Of a stretch of DNA of 64,000 bases, positions 10,790 to 19,289 are shown piece by piece; position 1 is the first letter of the stretch; each line of letters opens with the position of its first letter. A program made the translations under genes and the position numbers. Location: assembly GCA_964589005.1 (NCBI GenBank), contig CAZPQI010000001.1, forward strand, positions 67,675 through 131,674, given 5' to 3'. Origin of the DNA: an uncultured Candidatus Saccharibacteria bacterium. GTDB taxonomy: Bacteria; Patescibacteriota; Minisyncoccia; Phycocordibacterales; UBA2100. The notes beneath the pieces are model-generated. The model worked only from the letters and a program-made list of their open reading frames with translations. It was not told the DNA's origin and did not search any database.

Positions 10790-12313
10790 TTAAATATCAC
10801 TCACTATTTCTATCTGTGCCCCAATATCTGCGAGGCGCTCGGCAATACGCTCGTACCCTCTTTCAATTGAATATACGTTTCGCAATAAAGAAGTTCCCTC
10901 TGCTGCAAGCATGGCAATAAGCACCACCACCGCAGGACGAAGAGCAGGTGGACACACTACCTGTGCAGCTCTAAGTTCTGTTGGTCCTGTTACAAATACG
11001 CGATGTGGATCGGCAAGTTTTACATCCGCTCCCAAACGATTAAGCTCAGTAAAATAAATAGCTCTTCCTTCCCAAGCCCAATCGTGGATTAGAGTAGTGC
11101 CCTTTGCTTGTGTCGCAATAGGAACAAAGAACGGTAAGTTATCAATGTTAAGCCCTGGATACGGTAGCGGATGTATTTTTATGGGAGACGCTTTCAACTC
11201 CGATGGATATATCGTAAGGTCTACAAGTTTCGTTTTTCCGTTTTTGGAAAAATACACTTTACCTTGTTCATACTTTAATCCCATGTATGTAAGCTTAAGT
11301 AACTCGACTTCAAGAAACTCAATGGGGCACCTTTTTATTTGCAGTTCAGACTTCGTTACTGCTGCGGCACTTATAAACATCATCGACTCTATCGGGTCTT
11401 CGCTATTGTAGTGTGTAATTTTTTTGTCTATTTCGTCTACCCCATACACGGTTAGAGTCGTTGTTCCTACCCCATCAATACGTACGCCAAATTGCCGCAA
11501 CAAAAAACAAACGTCTTGTACTTGGTAATTAGGTGGAGCGTACTTTATTACTGTTTTTCCAGGAATCAGCGCCGCTGTCATCAGTGCGTTAATCGCAGCA
11601 GTGTCACTCGCCTCATACATAACAATTTCTGTAGGCTTCAATTTTTTTACTTTAAATGAATAGTGATTTTCGTGGGTTCCTACACGAACACCAAGAGATT
11701 CAAGGGCGTGCTTGTGTGCAGCTATTGTTCTATCACCCATATTACATCCACCAGCGTGTGGAAGCGTAAAATCGCCTTTACGATGCACCATTGCGGGAAT
11801 AAGCATAAGTACCGATCGCATTTTGCTTGCAGCACTTTTGTCTATACTGGAAAGTTTAAAACTTTTCGGGGGGGTGATATGTAATGTGCACTCGTTAAGA
11901 GCATCAACTTGCACGCCAATGCTTTTAAATACCTCAATCAGTCTATGAATTTCTTCTATGCGTGGAATTCCATGTAGCACTGTCGGAGCCTTGTTTAAAA
12001 GAGACGCACACATCAAAGCAAGCGCGCCGTTTTTGGAAGTGTTAGTAACTGCTGTTCCATGTAACTTTTTTCCACCGGTAACTTTAAAGTCTAAACCTTC
12101 TTTTAAACCAACAACTTGATGTTGTAATACATCGCTTATTTTCAATAGTTGTGTTGTAGAAAGGTTCTGGTCACCCTTTTCCATGCGCGCAACTGCCGAC
12201 TGCGAAGTTTGCATTGCTTGTGCAAACGCTTTCTGAGTTAACCCGCGCTTACGACGAAGATCTTTGATAAAAAGTCCAATTTTACGATGTGATTCTGAAG
12301 ACATGGGGTTCAA
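10790..12313 (-). CDS. murA: UDP-N-acetylglucosamine 1-carboxyvinyltransferase with N-terminal XRE HTH
   Basis: HTH (GLTQKAFAQAMQTSQSAVARME) fused to MurA (SKNGAL, AGGCNMGDR, PYPG, IERGYE). Confidence 0.93.
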   Translation of the reverse strand: MNPMSSESHRKIGLFIKDLRRKRGLTQKAFAQAMQTSQSAVARMEKGDQNLSTTQLLKISDVLQHQVVGLKEGLDFKVTGGKKLHGTAVTNTSKNGALALMCASLLNKAPTVLHGIPRIEEIHRLIEVFKSIGVQVDALNECTLHITPPKSFKLSSIDKSAASKMRSVLMLIPAMVHRKGDFTLPHAGGCNMGDRTIAAHKHALESLGVRVGTHENHYSFKVKKLKPTEIVMYEASDTAAINALMTAALIPGKTVIKYAPPNYQVQDVCFLLRQFGVRIDGVGTTTLTVYGVDEIDKKITHYNSEDPIESMMFISAAAVTKSELQIKRCPIEFLEVELLKLTYMGLKYEQGKVYFSKNGKTKLVDLTIYPSELKASPIKIHPLPYPGLNIDNLPFFVPIATQAKGTTLIHDWAWEGRAIYFTELNRLGADVKLADPHRVFVTGPTELRAAQVVCPPALRPAVVVLIAMLAAEGTSLLRNVYSIERGYERIAERLADIGAQIEIVSDI

Positions 12314-12334
12314 GGGTAATTTCTAATGTAAATA

Positions 12335-12358
12335 TGTTATATCATATATGATATAACA
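12335..12358. promoter_or_regulatory. 24-bp perfect palindrome in the murA/priA divergent promoter; candidate operator
   Basis: TGTTATATCATATATGATATAACA. Confidence 0.55.
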
Positions 12359-12420
12359 CAAGCACCATGACACCTATGGTATGCTGTGCGCATTGGAGAT
12401 TACCGTCTCCAAAACTCTGT

Positions 12421-14316
12421 ATGTTTATCATCCACGTTACACCAGTTGCCAAAGGAGGCATACATCAACTCTCCTACTTTTCGTCCCAAGAGTTTCCTGT
12501 GGGCACTATTATTCAAGTTCCCTTACGTAAGAAAGAAATCCCCGCATTGGTGCTAGAGCGCGAAGACGCGCGCGCAGTTAAATCAATTTTGCGCACAAAC
12601 GTATACGAAACTCGAAAAGTACGAAAACAAGAAGCCGTGCATATATTTTCTCCTGAGTTTGTAAGAGCAGCACAAACTACTGCGGCGTACTTTGCAACAT
12701 CTGTTGGAAGTATCATTCACAGTTATGTTCCTGCTGCTATTTTAGCTGCTCCGAGTGGAAAAAATTCGCCACAACAAATACCTGGAAAAGATTCCGTACC
12801 ATTTGAAAGATGTGTGCTTCAAGTTCCCCGCCACGCTCGCGTCGAAAAATATAAAGTGCTTATTCGAAACCGATTCGCAAAAGGGGAGTCGGTATTGCTG
12901 TGTGTGTCCACTCTTCGAGAAGCTCGGTTCTTTTACGAGCAATACAGTCGCGGTATTGAAAAATATTCGTTTTTGCTTGAAAGTTCGCAAACTAAGAAGG
13001 TTCAACAAGAAACATGGAATGCGGCTCTTTTGGAAAAACACCCTGTACTGATAGTTGCTACTCCTACGTTTATAAGTATCCCCCGTGGTGATATTTCGCT
13101 TTTTATTTTGGAACACGAGATGTCGTCGGCATATAAACAACAAACGCGACCGCGCGCAGATGCTCGTATAGTAATAGAAAACGTCGCTCGCGAAACTAAC
13201 AGCACCCTACTATACGCCGGAACTACTGTGAGTGTGCGAGTACACAAGTTGCTGCACGATGGTAGTGCACACGAACTCGACGAACAGGTACGCAAGTTAC
13301 GCACCGAAAATACCGTTACCATAGTCGATAGTAAAAAATCTCGTCGCAGCGCACGAGAGGAAAAATTAGATTTCCCCGTGCTCTCTGTACAGTCGCTCTC
13401 TGAGTTGTACGAATGCCAAAAAAAAGGGAGGCTCTCTTTCGTATTCACTGCGCGGCGAGGCATAGCATCACAAACAACGTGCAATGATTGCGACACGACA
13501 ATAAAGTGCGTGCACTGCGAGTCGCCAATGGTACTACACGAAAGCCGCGGGCAGCGCGAATTACTTTGTCATCGTTGTGGAAGCATGCGCGATGCAAACG
13601 AAACGTGTGTCTTGTGCGGTAGTTGGAACTTAGTACCACTTGGTATTGGATCAGAACGAATCGAGCAATTTTTAAAAAAACATCTTCCCGATTCCAAGCT
13701 CTTTGTACTTACCCGCGATACTGCCTCGACACCGACGAAAGCAAAAAAGATAATCGAAGAGTTTTATGCAACCCCTGGAGCAATTCTCATCGGTACAGAA
13801 ATGGCACTCCCGTACCTCACCATTGAAGTTTCGTGCAGTATTATGAGCTCAATAGATTCCTTATTGTGTATTGCCGACTTCCAAATTGAAGAGCGAATTT
13901 TTTCAATCATTGCAATGTTGCGCGAACGAACCAGTACCATTTTACTTATTGAAACTGGATCCCCAGAAAACCCAATGCTCAAACATGCTCAAAATGGTGC
14001 ATTAGCTGAGTACGCAGAAGAAGAACTAAAACTACGCGAACAGCTGCGCTACCCTCCGTATGCTCATATTATAAAAATAACGTATACGGGAACAAAAGAA
14101 GCTGCCATACAAAATATGCAAAAATTTGTGGAATGTACGTACGCAAAATACAAACCACGCGTTTTTTCTGGCTTCATACAAAAAGGTCGCGACGTGCAAC
14201 TCCACGCACTTATACGAATACCAGTGGAGAATTGGCCAGATACAGAACTCGCTGCAATTTTAGAAAATTTACCACTTTCTTTTACTGTTGATGTAAATCC
14301 TGAACGAACTCTTTAA
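12421..14316 (+). CDS. priA: Primosomal protein N' (PriA), degenerate helicase
   Basis: 3'-DNA-binding N-terminus, four CxxC pairs, G.GSERIE, R...YPPY; Walker A/DExH not recognisable. Start placed at ATG 12421. Confidence 0.85.
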   Translation: MFIIHVTPVAKGGIHQLSYFSSQEFPVGTIIQVPLRKKEIPALVLEREDARAVKSILRTNVYETRKVRKQEAVHIFSPEFVRAAQTTAAYFATSVGSIIHSYVPAAILAAPSGKNSPQQIPGKDSVPFERCVLQVPRHARVEKYKVLIRNRFAKGESVLLCVSTLREARFFYEQYSRGIEKYSFLLESSQTKKVQQETWNAALLEKHPVLIVATPTFISIPRGDISLFILEHEMSSAYKQQTRPRADARIVIENVARETNSTLLYAGTTVSVRVHKLLHDGSAHELDEQVRKLRTENTVTIVDSKKSRRSAREEKLDFPVLSVQSLSELYECQKKGRLSFVFTARRGIASQTTCNDCDTTIKCVHCESPMVLHESRGQRELLCHRCGSMRDANETCVLCGSWNLVPLGIGSERIEQFLKKHLPDSKLFVLTRDTASTPTKAKKIIEEFYATPGAILIGTEMALPYLTIEVSCSIMSSIDSLLCIADFQIEERIFSIIAMLRERTSTILLIETGSPENPMLKHAQNGALAEYAEEELKLREQLRYPPYAHIIKITYTGTKEAAIQNMQKFVECTYAKYKPRVFSGFIQKGRDVQLHALIRIPVENWPDTELAAILENLPLSFTVDVNPERTL

Positions 14317-14346
14317 CACTATGGTCTTTCAAGGTATAGTCCCTCT

Positions 14347-14880
14347 ATGCGAAATATCGTACACATAGGCAGCCCCGTACTGCGCAAAATTGCTCACGAG
14401 GTTGCACCTGGTGATATTCAAAGTGCGGAAATTCAGAAAATAATACAAGATATGAAAACTGTTCTTTCGAGCGAGAAATTTGGTGTAGCTATTGCAGCTC
14501 CGCAGATAGGAGAATCTCTGCGAATTTTTGCTGTGGGCGGTCCCGTGTTCGCATCGAGAGAAAAAGTAGATTTTGATCCAAAGTTACACCTTGACCAAAT
14601 ATTTATAAATCCCGAGATTCTTAAGGTTTCTAAAAAAACAAAAATCGGCGACGAAGGATGTCTTTCGATTCCTGGAAAATACGGTTCAAAGGTTCTACGA
14701 AACGAAAAAGTTTCGATTTCGTATTATGATGAATTTGGAATCAAAACCGAGCGTGGCGCGTCTAGTTTTCTTGCTCGAATTTTTCTTCACGAAATTGACC
14801 ATTTAAATGGAATACTGTATGTAGACGAAGCTCTCGAGGTAATCGATGTAGACGACGATCTTAAACCTCTCAAAAAATAA
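14347..14880 (+). CDS. def: Peptide deformylase
   Basis: GVAIAAPQIG, EGCLSIP, HEIDHLNG. Confidence 0.97.
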   Translation: MRNIVHIGSPVLRKIAHEVAPGDIQSAEIQKIIQDMKTVLSSEKFGVAIAAPQIGESLRIFAVGGPVFASREKVDFDPKLHLDQIFINPEILKVSKKTKIGDEGCLSIPGKYGSKVLRNEKVSISYYDEFGIKTERGASSFLARIFLHEIDHLNGILYVDEALEVIDVDDDLKPLKK

Positions 14881-14889
14881 AATAAGTGT

Positions 14890-15747
14890 ATGCAAAACTC
14901 TGATATCAAATTTGTATTTTTTGGCACACCAGAAATAGCAGCAACTATTTTGGATGAACTCAAGATGAAGGAGTTAACTCCTTCACTAATTGTTACCGCA
15001 CCTGATAGGCCCGCAGGACGCGGAATGAAGCTTACGTCCCCTCCTGTAAAAGTGTGGGCTGATGAAAATAGGATTCCAACCCTGCAACCAGAAAAATTAG
15101 ATGAAGATTTTATTGCGAAACTTAAGGAAGACAAATGGGATTTGTTTGTGGTATTCGCCTTTAGTTCAATTTTAAAGAAAGAAGTGATTGAAATACCCAT
15201 TCACGGAACCATAAACCTCCACCCTTCACTTCTGCCGAAACTTCGTGGACCATCACCGATAGTGAGTGCTATTCTTACCGATGCAAAAACTACTGGAGTA
15301 ACTGTAATTCAAATAGATGAAAAAATGGACCATGGCTCTATTCTTGCCCAAGAAGAAATTACTCCCGAAACATGGCCACTTCCTGTTACAGAATTGGAAG
15401 AAACTCTTATGAAAATAGGAGGAGAGCTACTTGCAGACACTATTCCAAAAATTATTAGTAAAGATGTGGAACCACGCGAGCAAGACCACTCCGATGCGAC
15501 GTTTTGTCATATGTTAAAAAAAGAAGACGGACTAATTGACCTAAACGACGACCCCTACCAAAGTCTGTTGAAAATCAAAGCTTACGCAGGCTGGCCAGGA
15601 ACCTATTTTTATGTGAAGAAAAATGGAAAGGAAATTCGTGTAAAAATAACCGAAGCTCGCCTAAGCAGCGACAAGCGTTTACTTATTGAGCGCGTTGTTC
15701 CCGAAGGTAAAAAAGAAATGTCGTACGTAGATTTTTTAAAGTCTTGA
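14890..15747 (+). CDS. fmt: Methionyl-tRNA formyltransferase
   Basis: FFGTPE, NLHPSLLPKLRGPSP, MDHG. Confidence 0.96.
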   Translation: MQNSDIKFVFFGTPEIAATILDELKMKELTPSLIVTAPDRPAGRGMKLTSPPVKVWADENRIPTLQPEKLDEDFIAKLKEDKWDLFVVFAFSSILKKEVIEIPIHGTINLHPSLLPKLRGPSPIVSAILTDAKTTGVTVIQIDEKMDHGSILAQEEITPETWPLPVTELEETLMKIGGELLADTIPKIISKDVEPREQDHSDATFCHMLKKEDGLIDLNDDPYQSLLKIKAYAGWPGTYFYVKKNGKEIRVKITEARLSSDKRLLIERVVPEGKKEMSYVDFLKS

Positions 15748-15798
15748 TGTTTTCTATACTCGTGCAATAGTTATAGTGCTGGGGAAAAGGAGTACGTC

Positions 15799-15969
15799 AT
15801 GCGTATAAAAGATGTATCTTTTGCCGATTCCGTGCGTGCACGAAACTTGGCCAGCCACAGAGTTAAAGGAAAATTTCGCCTTCTAGAATACGTCGAAACC
15901 GCCAACACTTGGATAATAGAAATTGTTCTCGAGTCTGGTGAACACAAAACGATTAAAGGCAGTATATAA
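15799..15969 (+). CDS. Small hypothetical protein (56 aa, below ORF-track cutoff)
   Basis: AAGGAG SD before ATG; MRIKDVSFADSVRARN...KTIKGSI. Confidence 0.5.
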   Translation: MRIKDVSFADSVRARNLASHRVKGKFRLLEYVETANTWIIEIVLESGEHKTIKGSI

Positions 15970-16035
15970 AACTCTGAAAGTAACTGCTACCCCACCTATG
16001 AGGCGCTTTTGCGTCTCATTTGTTTACTTACATGT

Positions 16036-16398
16036 TTACTCCCAAAACTTTAGCATTTTCTTAATTCTGGCTCCCCCTTCGCGTAAAGAATCGAGACGTT
16101 TTGTTTTACCGCGTCGCAGACGTCGCGCAAGTTCATCTTTCGATTCGTCGATTGCCGCGAGTACCGACTCACCGTGCCCTACTGCGTGTGTTCTGTCGGC
16201 TCCTGCGTGAATAGTAATATCGGCTCTAAAAATTTCACCGCTTTGTTGATTTTGTTTTTTATCTAAGCTTACTTCCACTTGTACATTTTCTAACTCTACG
16301 TTTTGCAGTAACTTAACGAGCATCCCTACTTTTTCTTCTGCGTATGAGCGAATTGTATCGGTAAGTTCTATTGTAGTCGCCTTAAAATCTATGTGCAT
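16036..16398 (-). CDS. hpf: Ribosome hibernation factor HPF/RaiA
   Basis: IELTDTIRSYAEEKV..AAIDESKDEL.RRLRR pattern. Confidence 0.9.
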   Translation of the reverse strand: MHIDFKATTIELTDTIRSYAEEKVGMLVKLLQNVELENVQVEVSLDKKQNQQSGEIFRADITIHAGADRTHAVGHGESVLAAIDESKDELARRLRRGKTKRLDSLREGGARIKKMLKFWE

Positions 16399-16414
16399 AA
16401 TTTTATGTTAGTTA

Positions 16415-16654
16415 CTAAGACTTCTCTGGAACAATTGTAAGCACTTTCTTTCGTGCTCGATGTCCTGTTTTAATTATAACTCTCTCTTTCGGTACACCAA
16501 AATGCTCCCCGATGCATTCTCGTACGCGAATATTCGCCATATTGCGCTGTGCTGCTTCACGGACGTATATTTCAAAAGTCCCATCGGTATGGTGAATAAC
16601 TTTCTCTTTTTTGGAGCTCGGAAAAACTTTTACGTTTACCACTGTCTCTACCAT
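16415..16654 (-). CDS. DUF167/YggU family protein
   Basis: VKVFPSS..AQRNMAN..G..ARKK pattern. Confidence 0.85.
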   Translation of the reverse strand: MVETVVNVKVFPSSKKEKVIHHTDGTFEIYVREAAQRNMANIRVRECIGEHFGVPKERVIIKTGHRARKKVLTIVPEKS

Positions 16655-16740
16655 TACTTTCTATTATATCACGTTGAAAAAACACTTTTCTCGTGTAGAA
16701 TACGGCTCAGTTCTTTCCAAAGTTATATAGATTTTTTCGC

Positions 16741-17064
16741 TCCGCGGTAGCTCAGTGGTAGAGCAATCGACTGTCGAAGGCAGCCTTTGGTAGTAATATC
16801 AAAGTGAAGAACGAGGTGAATTGACTGGAAACCCTAACGTAAAGGCGAGGGCAATCAGCAGCCAAGCTTAATTGAAGGTTCAGAGACTATTCCGAAAGGA
16901 AGTACTATCCATTGTAATTATTTTGCAACTGGACGGGAAGCGCCTCGCATCCTAATCCGATCACGTCAGTGATTTAGGATGGATGATGATATAGTCCACC
17001 CCTTTTGGAAACAATTGGAAAAGGTGTAATCGATTGGCCATAGGTTCGAATCCTATCCGCGGAG
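16741..17064 (+). tRNA. tRNA-Asn(GTT) interrupted by a group I intron (exons 16741-16774 and 17027-17064)
   Basis: Spliced sequence TCCGCGGTAGCTCAGTGGTAGAGCAATCGACTGT^TAATCGATTGGCCATAGGTTCGAATCCTATCCGCGGAG folds as a cloverleaf with anticodon GTT. Confidence 0.93.
16775..17026 (+). ncRNA. Group I self-splicing intron (252 nt, no ORF)
   Basis: P1 with U-G pair (CTGT/GCAG), P (AATTGACTGGAAACCCT), Q (AATCAGCAG), R (GTTCAGAGACTA), S (GATATAGTCC), terminal G. Confidence 0.9.
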
Positions 17065-17462
17065 CGAAGTAATCTATACTTAAAGAGTGGTAGACTTAAT
17101 AGATGTCTACCACTAAGAAACGAAAAGAAAAACGTACGTACGCCGATCGTCGTGAGTACATGATAAAGGCAGTCGCTAAACGACGCAGAAAGTTACGAAC
17201 TATGGCTTTAGAGCATGGAGGTGGTAAGTGTACGATTTGTGGGTATAAGAAATGCACTAGAGCGCTCACTTTTCATCACCTGGATCCATCTAAGAAAAAG
17301 TTCGGATTATCTGCCAGAGGGATAACTCGCTCATGGGAAAAAACTAAAGCAGAGTTAGAAAAATGTGTTTTGCTATGTATGAACTGCCACATGGAAATAC
17401 ATGATGGAGTTACTAAAGTTCCAAAGAAAAGGTAATTTTACGTTGAATCCTATCCGCGGAGC
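17048..17462 (+). repeat. 18-bp direct repeat of the tRNA 3' end (17048-17065 and 17445-17462) flanking the HNH gene; att-like
   Basis: GAATCCTATCCGCGGAGC occurs twice; only the distal copy continues to CCA. Confidence 0.9.
17103..17435 (+). CDS. Small HNH endonuclease
   Basis: GGKCTICGY..C..ALTFHHLDP..KCVLLCMNCHMEIH. Confidence 0.9.
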   Translation: MSTTKKRKEKRTYADRREYMIKAVAKRRRKLRTMALEHGGGKCTICGYKKCTRALTFHHLDPSKKKFGLSARGITRSWEKTKAELEKCVLLCMNCHMEIHDGVTKVPKKR

Positions 17463-17488
17463 CATCGACATGCAAAAATATTTTTCAA

Positions 17489-17533
17489 TCCATATTTAAT
17501 TACGTAATTAAATATGGAATAAATTACGTAATT
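17489..17533. promoter_or_regulatory. 30-bp perfect palindrome plus a second AATTACGTAATT core; candidate operator
   Basis: TCCATATTTAATTACGTAATTAAATATGGA (17489-17518) and AATTACGTAATT (17522-17533) just upstream of the AbrB-like gene. Confidence 0.5.
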
Positions 17534-17551
17534 CTGCTAAAATCAAAAATA

Positions 17552-17728
17552 ATGGGACGACGCAAACTAAGTGACAAAAACATACGAAAACTAAGTAAAA
17601 TTGGTGGCAAAAGCATCGGTGTCACGATTCCTATTGAAATGGTGCGTAAATTAGGATGGAGAAGTAAGCAAAAGGTTGTTGTAGAAGAAAGAGGCAAGAC
17701 CATTGTCATCAAAGATTGGAAAAAATAA
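17552..17728 (+). CDS. AbrB/MazE/SpoVT-family DNA-binding protein (58 aa, not in ORF track)
   Basis: MGRRKLSDKNIRKLSKIGGKSIGVTIPIEMVRKLGWRSKQKVVVEERGKTIVIKDWKK. Confidence 0.8.
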   Translation: MGRRKLSDKNIRKLSKIGGKSIGVTIPIEMVRKLGWRSKQKVVVEERGKTIVIKDWKK

Positions 17729-17777
17729 AAATCTTAAATTTTTAGAACAAAGGCTTCTAAACCCTTTTTAGATTTTT

Positions 17778-18173
17778 CTATAAAATTTCTTTGTATTCTA
17801 TATAGTTAGTTTGAATCATTTTCTTCCACCAGACAGTCTCGTTATTACCTCTAATGTCATTCTTACAATAAACTAACAATATTTTAACTTCTTTTTTTGT
17901 TTTGTATTGAGCAACAATACATCTATTCCCAGAGGCTTTTGCGGATTCACTTGGTAAAATTTTAAATTCGCACTTATAGATGACAATGTCACTATCCAAA
18001 TCAGAAATAGAACTAGTTACACTCCGATCAATCATTAAATCAAACTTTCTAAGCATCAGAATAAAAGCTGACCACGGAGTGTTAAAAGAACTTTTATATT
18101 TTTTGCGCAAACTCTTTAAGTATAATTTTTCAGCAACACTTTCTGTAGAGACATCGTAATAATTAGTAGACAT
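17778..18173 (-). CDS. Hypothetical protein, candidate toxin (possibly RelE-like)
   Basis: Overlaps the stop of the upstream XRE-DUF4065 gene; SGNRCIV..ILLVYCKND resembles RelE/HigB C-termini. Confidence 0.5.
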   Translation of the reverse strand: MSTNYYDVSTESVAEKLYLKSLRKKYKSSFNTPWSAFILMLRKFDLMIDRSVTSSISDLDSDIVIYKCEFKILPSESAKASGNRCIVAQYKTKKEVKILLVYCKNDIRGNNETVWWKKMIQTNYIEYKEIL

Positions 18174-18858
18174 GCTCTGGGTCTTCTTGGGTTATAAGTT
18201 CGTACGGAATAATTGACCCTTTATCGGCAAAAATATATGGTATCTGCTCATGAGTAAACCTTACAATATCCTGCGTATTTGATTTTTTCCAATTATCCCA
18301 GACGTCGTGCATAAGTTTCTCCTCTGCTTTAGAAATAGAGTTTAAAGAATTTTTTTCTGAACCTCGAGTTTCAGAAAAAGAATATGTATCTTTTCCTTCG
18401 TCACTTTTGTGACTTACCACGATACTTCCGTCATCTTCTAATTCTTGAATTGCACGAAAATACGCATCCGGAACTGGGCCGAATTCAATTTTACGATATG
18501 GCATTCCACTTATGCTCTCTTGATGCTTGTAGTACCAAGCGAAGTCAGCAAGATACAAAAGTTTAGCTAGTTTAGTTTTCTTCAATACCTGCCCACTTTT
18601 TTTTGCATCGCGTAAATACGATAGAATCATCTGCTTATACTTTTCATAGTTAGGTGCTTGATTAGATAGAAGCTCTTGAATAGAGATACCAAACATGTCA
18701 GATAGCTTTTGTGCCTCCAGTAAACTAAGTTCTTTTACACCTTTTTCTAAAGAAACGTAAGATGGTCTAGAGATGCCAATCCTCTCAGCAACTTCACCTT
18801 GCGAAAACTTACGGTCTAAACGAAGACTCTTTATAAATTTAAAATAAGTATTACTCAT
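18163..18858 (-). CDS. XRE HTH + DUF4065 (Panacea/SocA-like) antitoxin
   Basis: HTH FSQGEVAERIGISRPSY; KLAKLLYLADF, FGPVP, THEQIP motifs. Confidence 0.85.
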   Translation of the reverse strand: MSNTYFKFIKSLRLDRKFSQGEVAERIGISRPSYVSLEKGVKELSLLEAQKLSDMFGISIQELLSNQAPNYEKYKQMILSYLRDAKKSGQVLKKTKLAKLLYLADFAWYYKHQESISGMPYRKIEFGPVPDAYFRAIQELEDDGSIVVSHKSDEGKDTYSFSETRGSEKNSLNSISKAEEKLMHDVWDNWKKSNTQDIVRFTHEQIPYIFADKGSIIPYELITQEDPEHVY

Positions 18859-19002
18859 AGAAACAGTATACTACATACAAATTATGCTACGTCAACATCT
18901 TATCCACAGGATGTCACCTTTTTGACATCCTAAACGTTACTTGGTAAAATACAAACCACTTCGAGTGCAACGGAGGATTATTAGTTAAGTTTCTCAAAAT
19001 AT

Positions 19003-19146
19003 ATGGGACACAAGAAAGTAACAAGCAAGAGTATGTCTACCAAGGCAAGCAAGGCTTTGCGTAGCGGAAGCACAGGAAAAACTACGAAGTCACTTGCTGG
19101 CTCTACTCTATCGCAAAGCAAGGGGAAACACAGGAAAGGTAAATAG
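19003..19146 (+). CDS. Small basic Ser/Lys-rich protein (47 aa)
   Basis: MGHKKVTSKSMSTKASKALRSGSTGKTTKSLAGSTLSQ...; followed by a terminator hairpin at about 19147-19177. Confidence 0.55.
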   Translation: MGHKKVTSKSMSTKASKALRSGSTGKTTKSLAGSTLSQSKGKHRKGK

Positions 19147-19289
19147 TAGAAAACCGACCTAAAGGATCGGTTTTCTACAAAAGTTTTATTTCAAGGTCGT
19201 GCGGAAGGGTGACTTTGTTTTTATATACTAGCAATGAATTAGATGTTTAACTAAGAAAATCGTAGGACAAATGTTAATTTGTTTTAAAA

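Noticed and set aside
17445-17464. Second tRNA gene
   Set aside because: Only the 3' ~20 nt is present; it is an att-like duplication.
18900-18908. DnaA box TTATCCACA as a possible origin
   Set aside because: Single box with no cluster and no dnaA/dnaN nearby.
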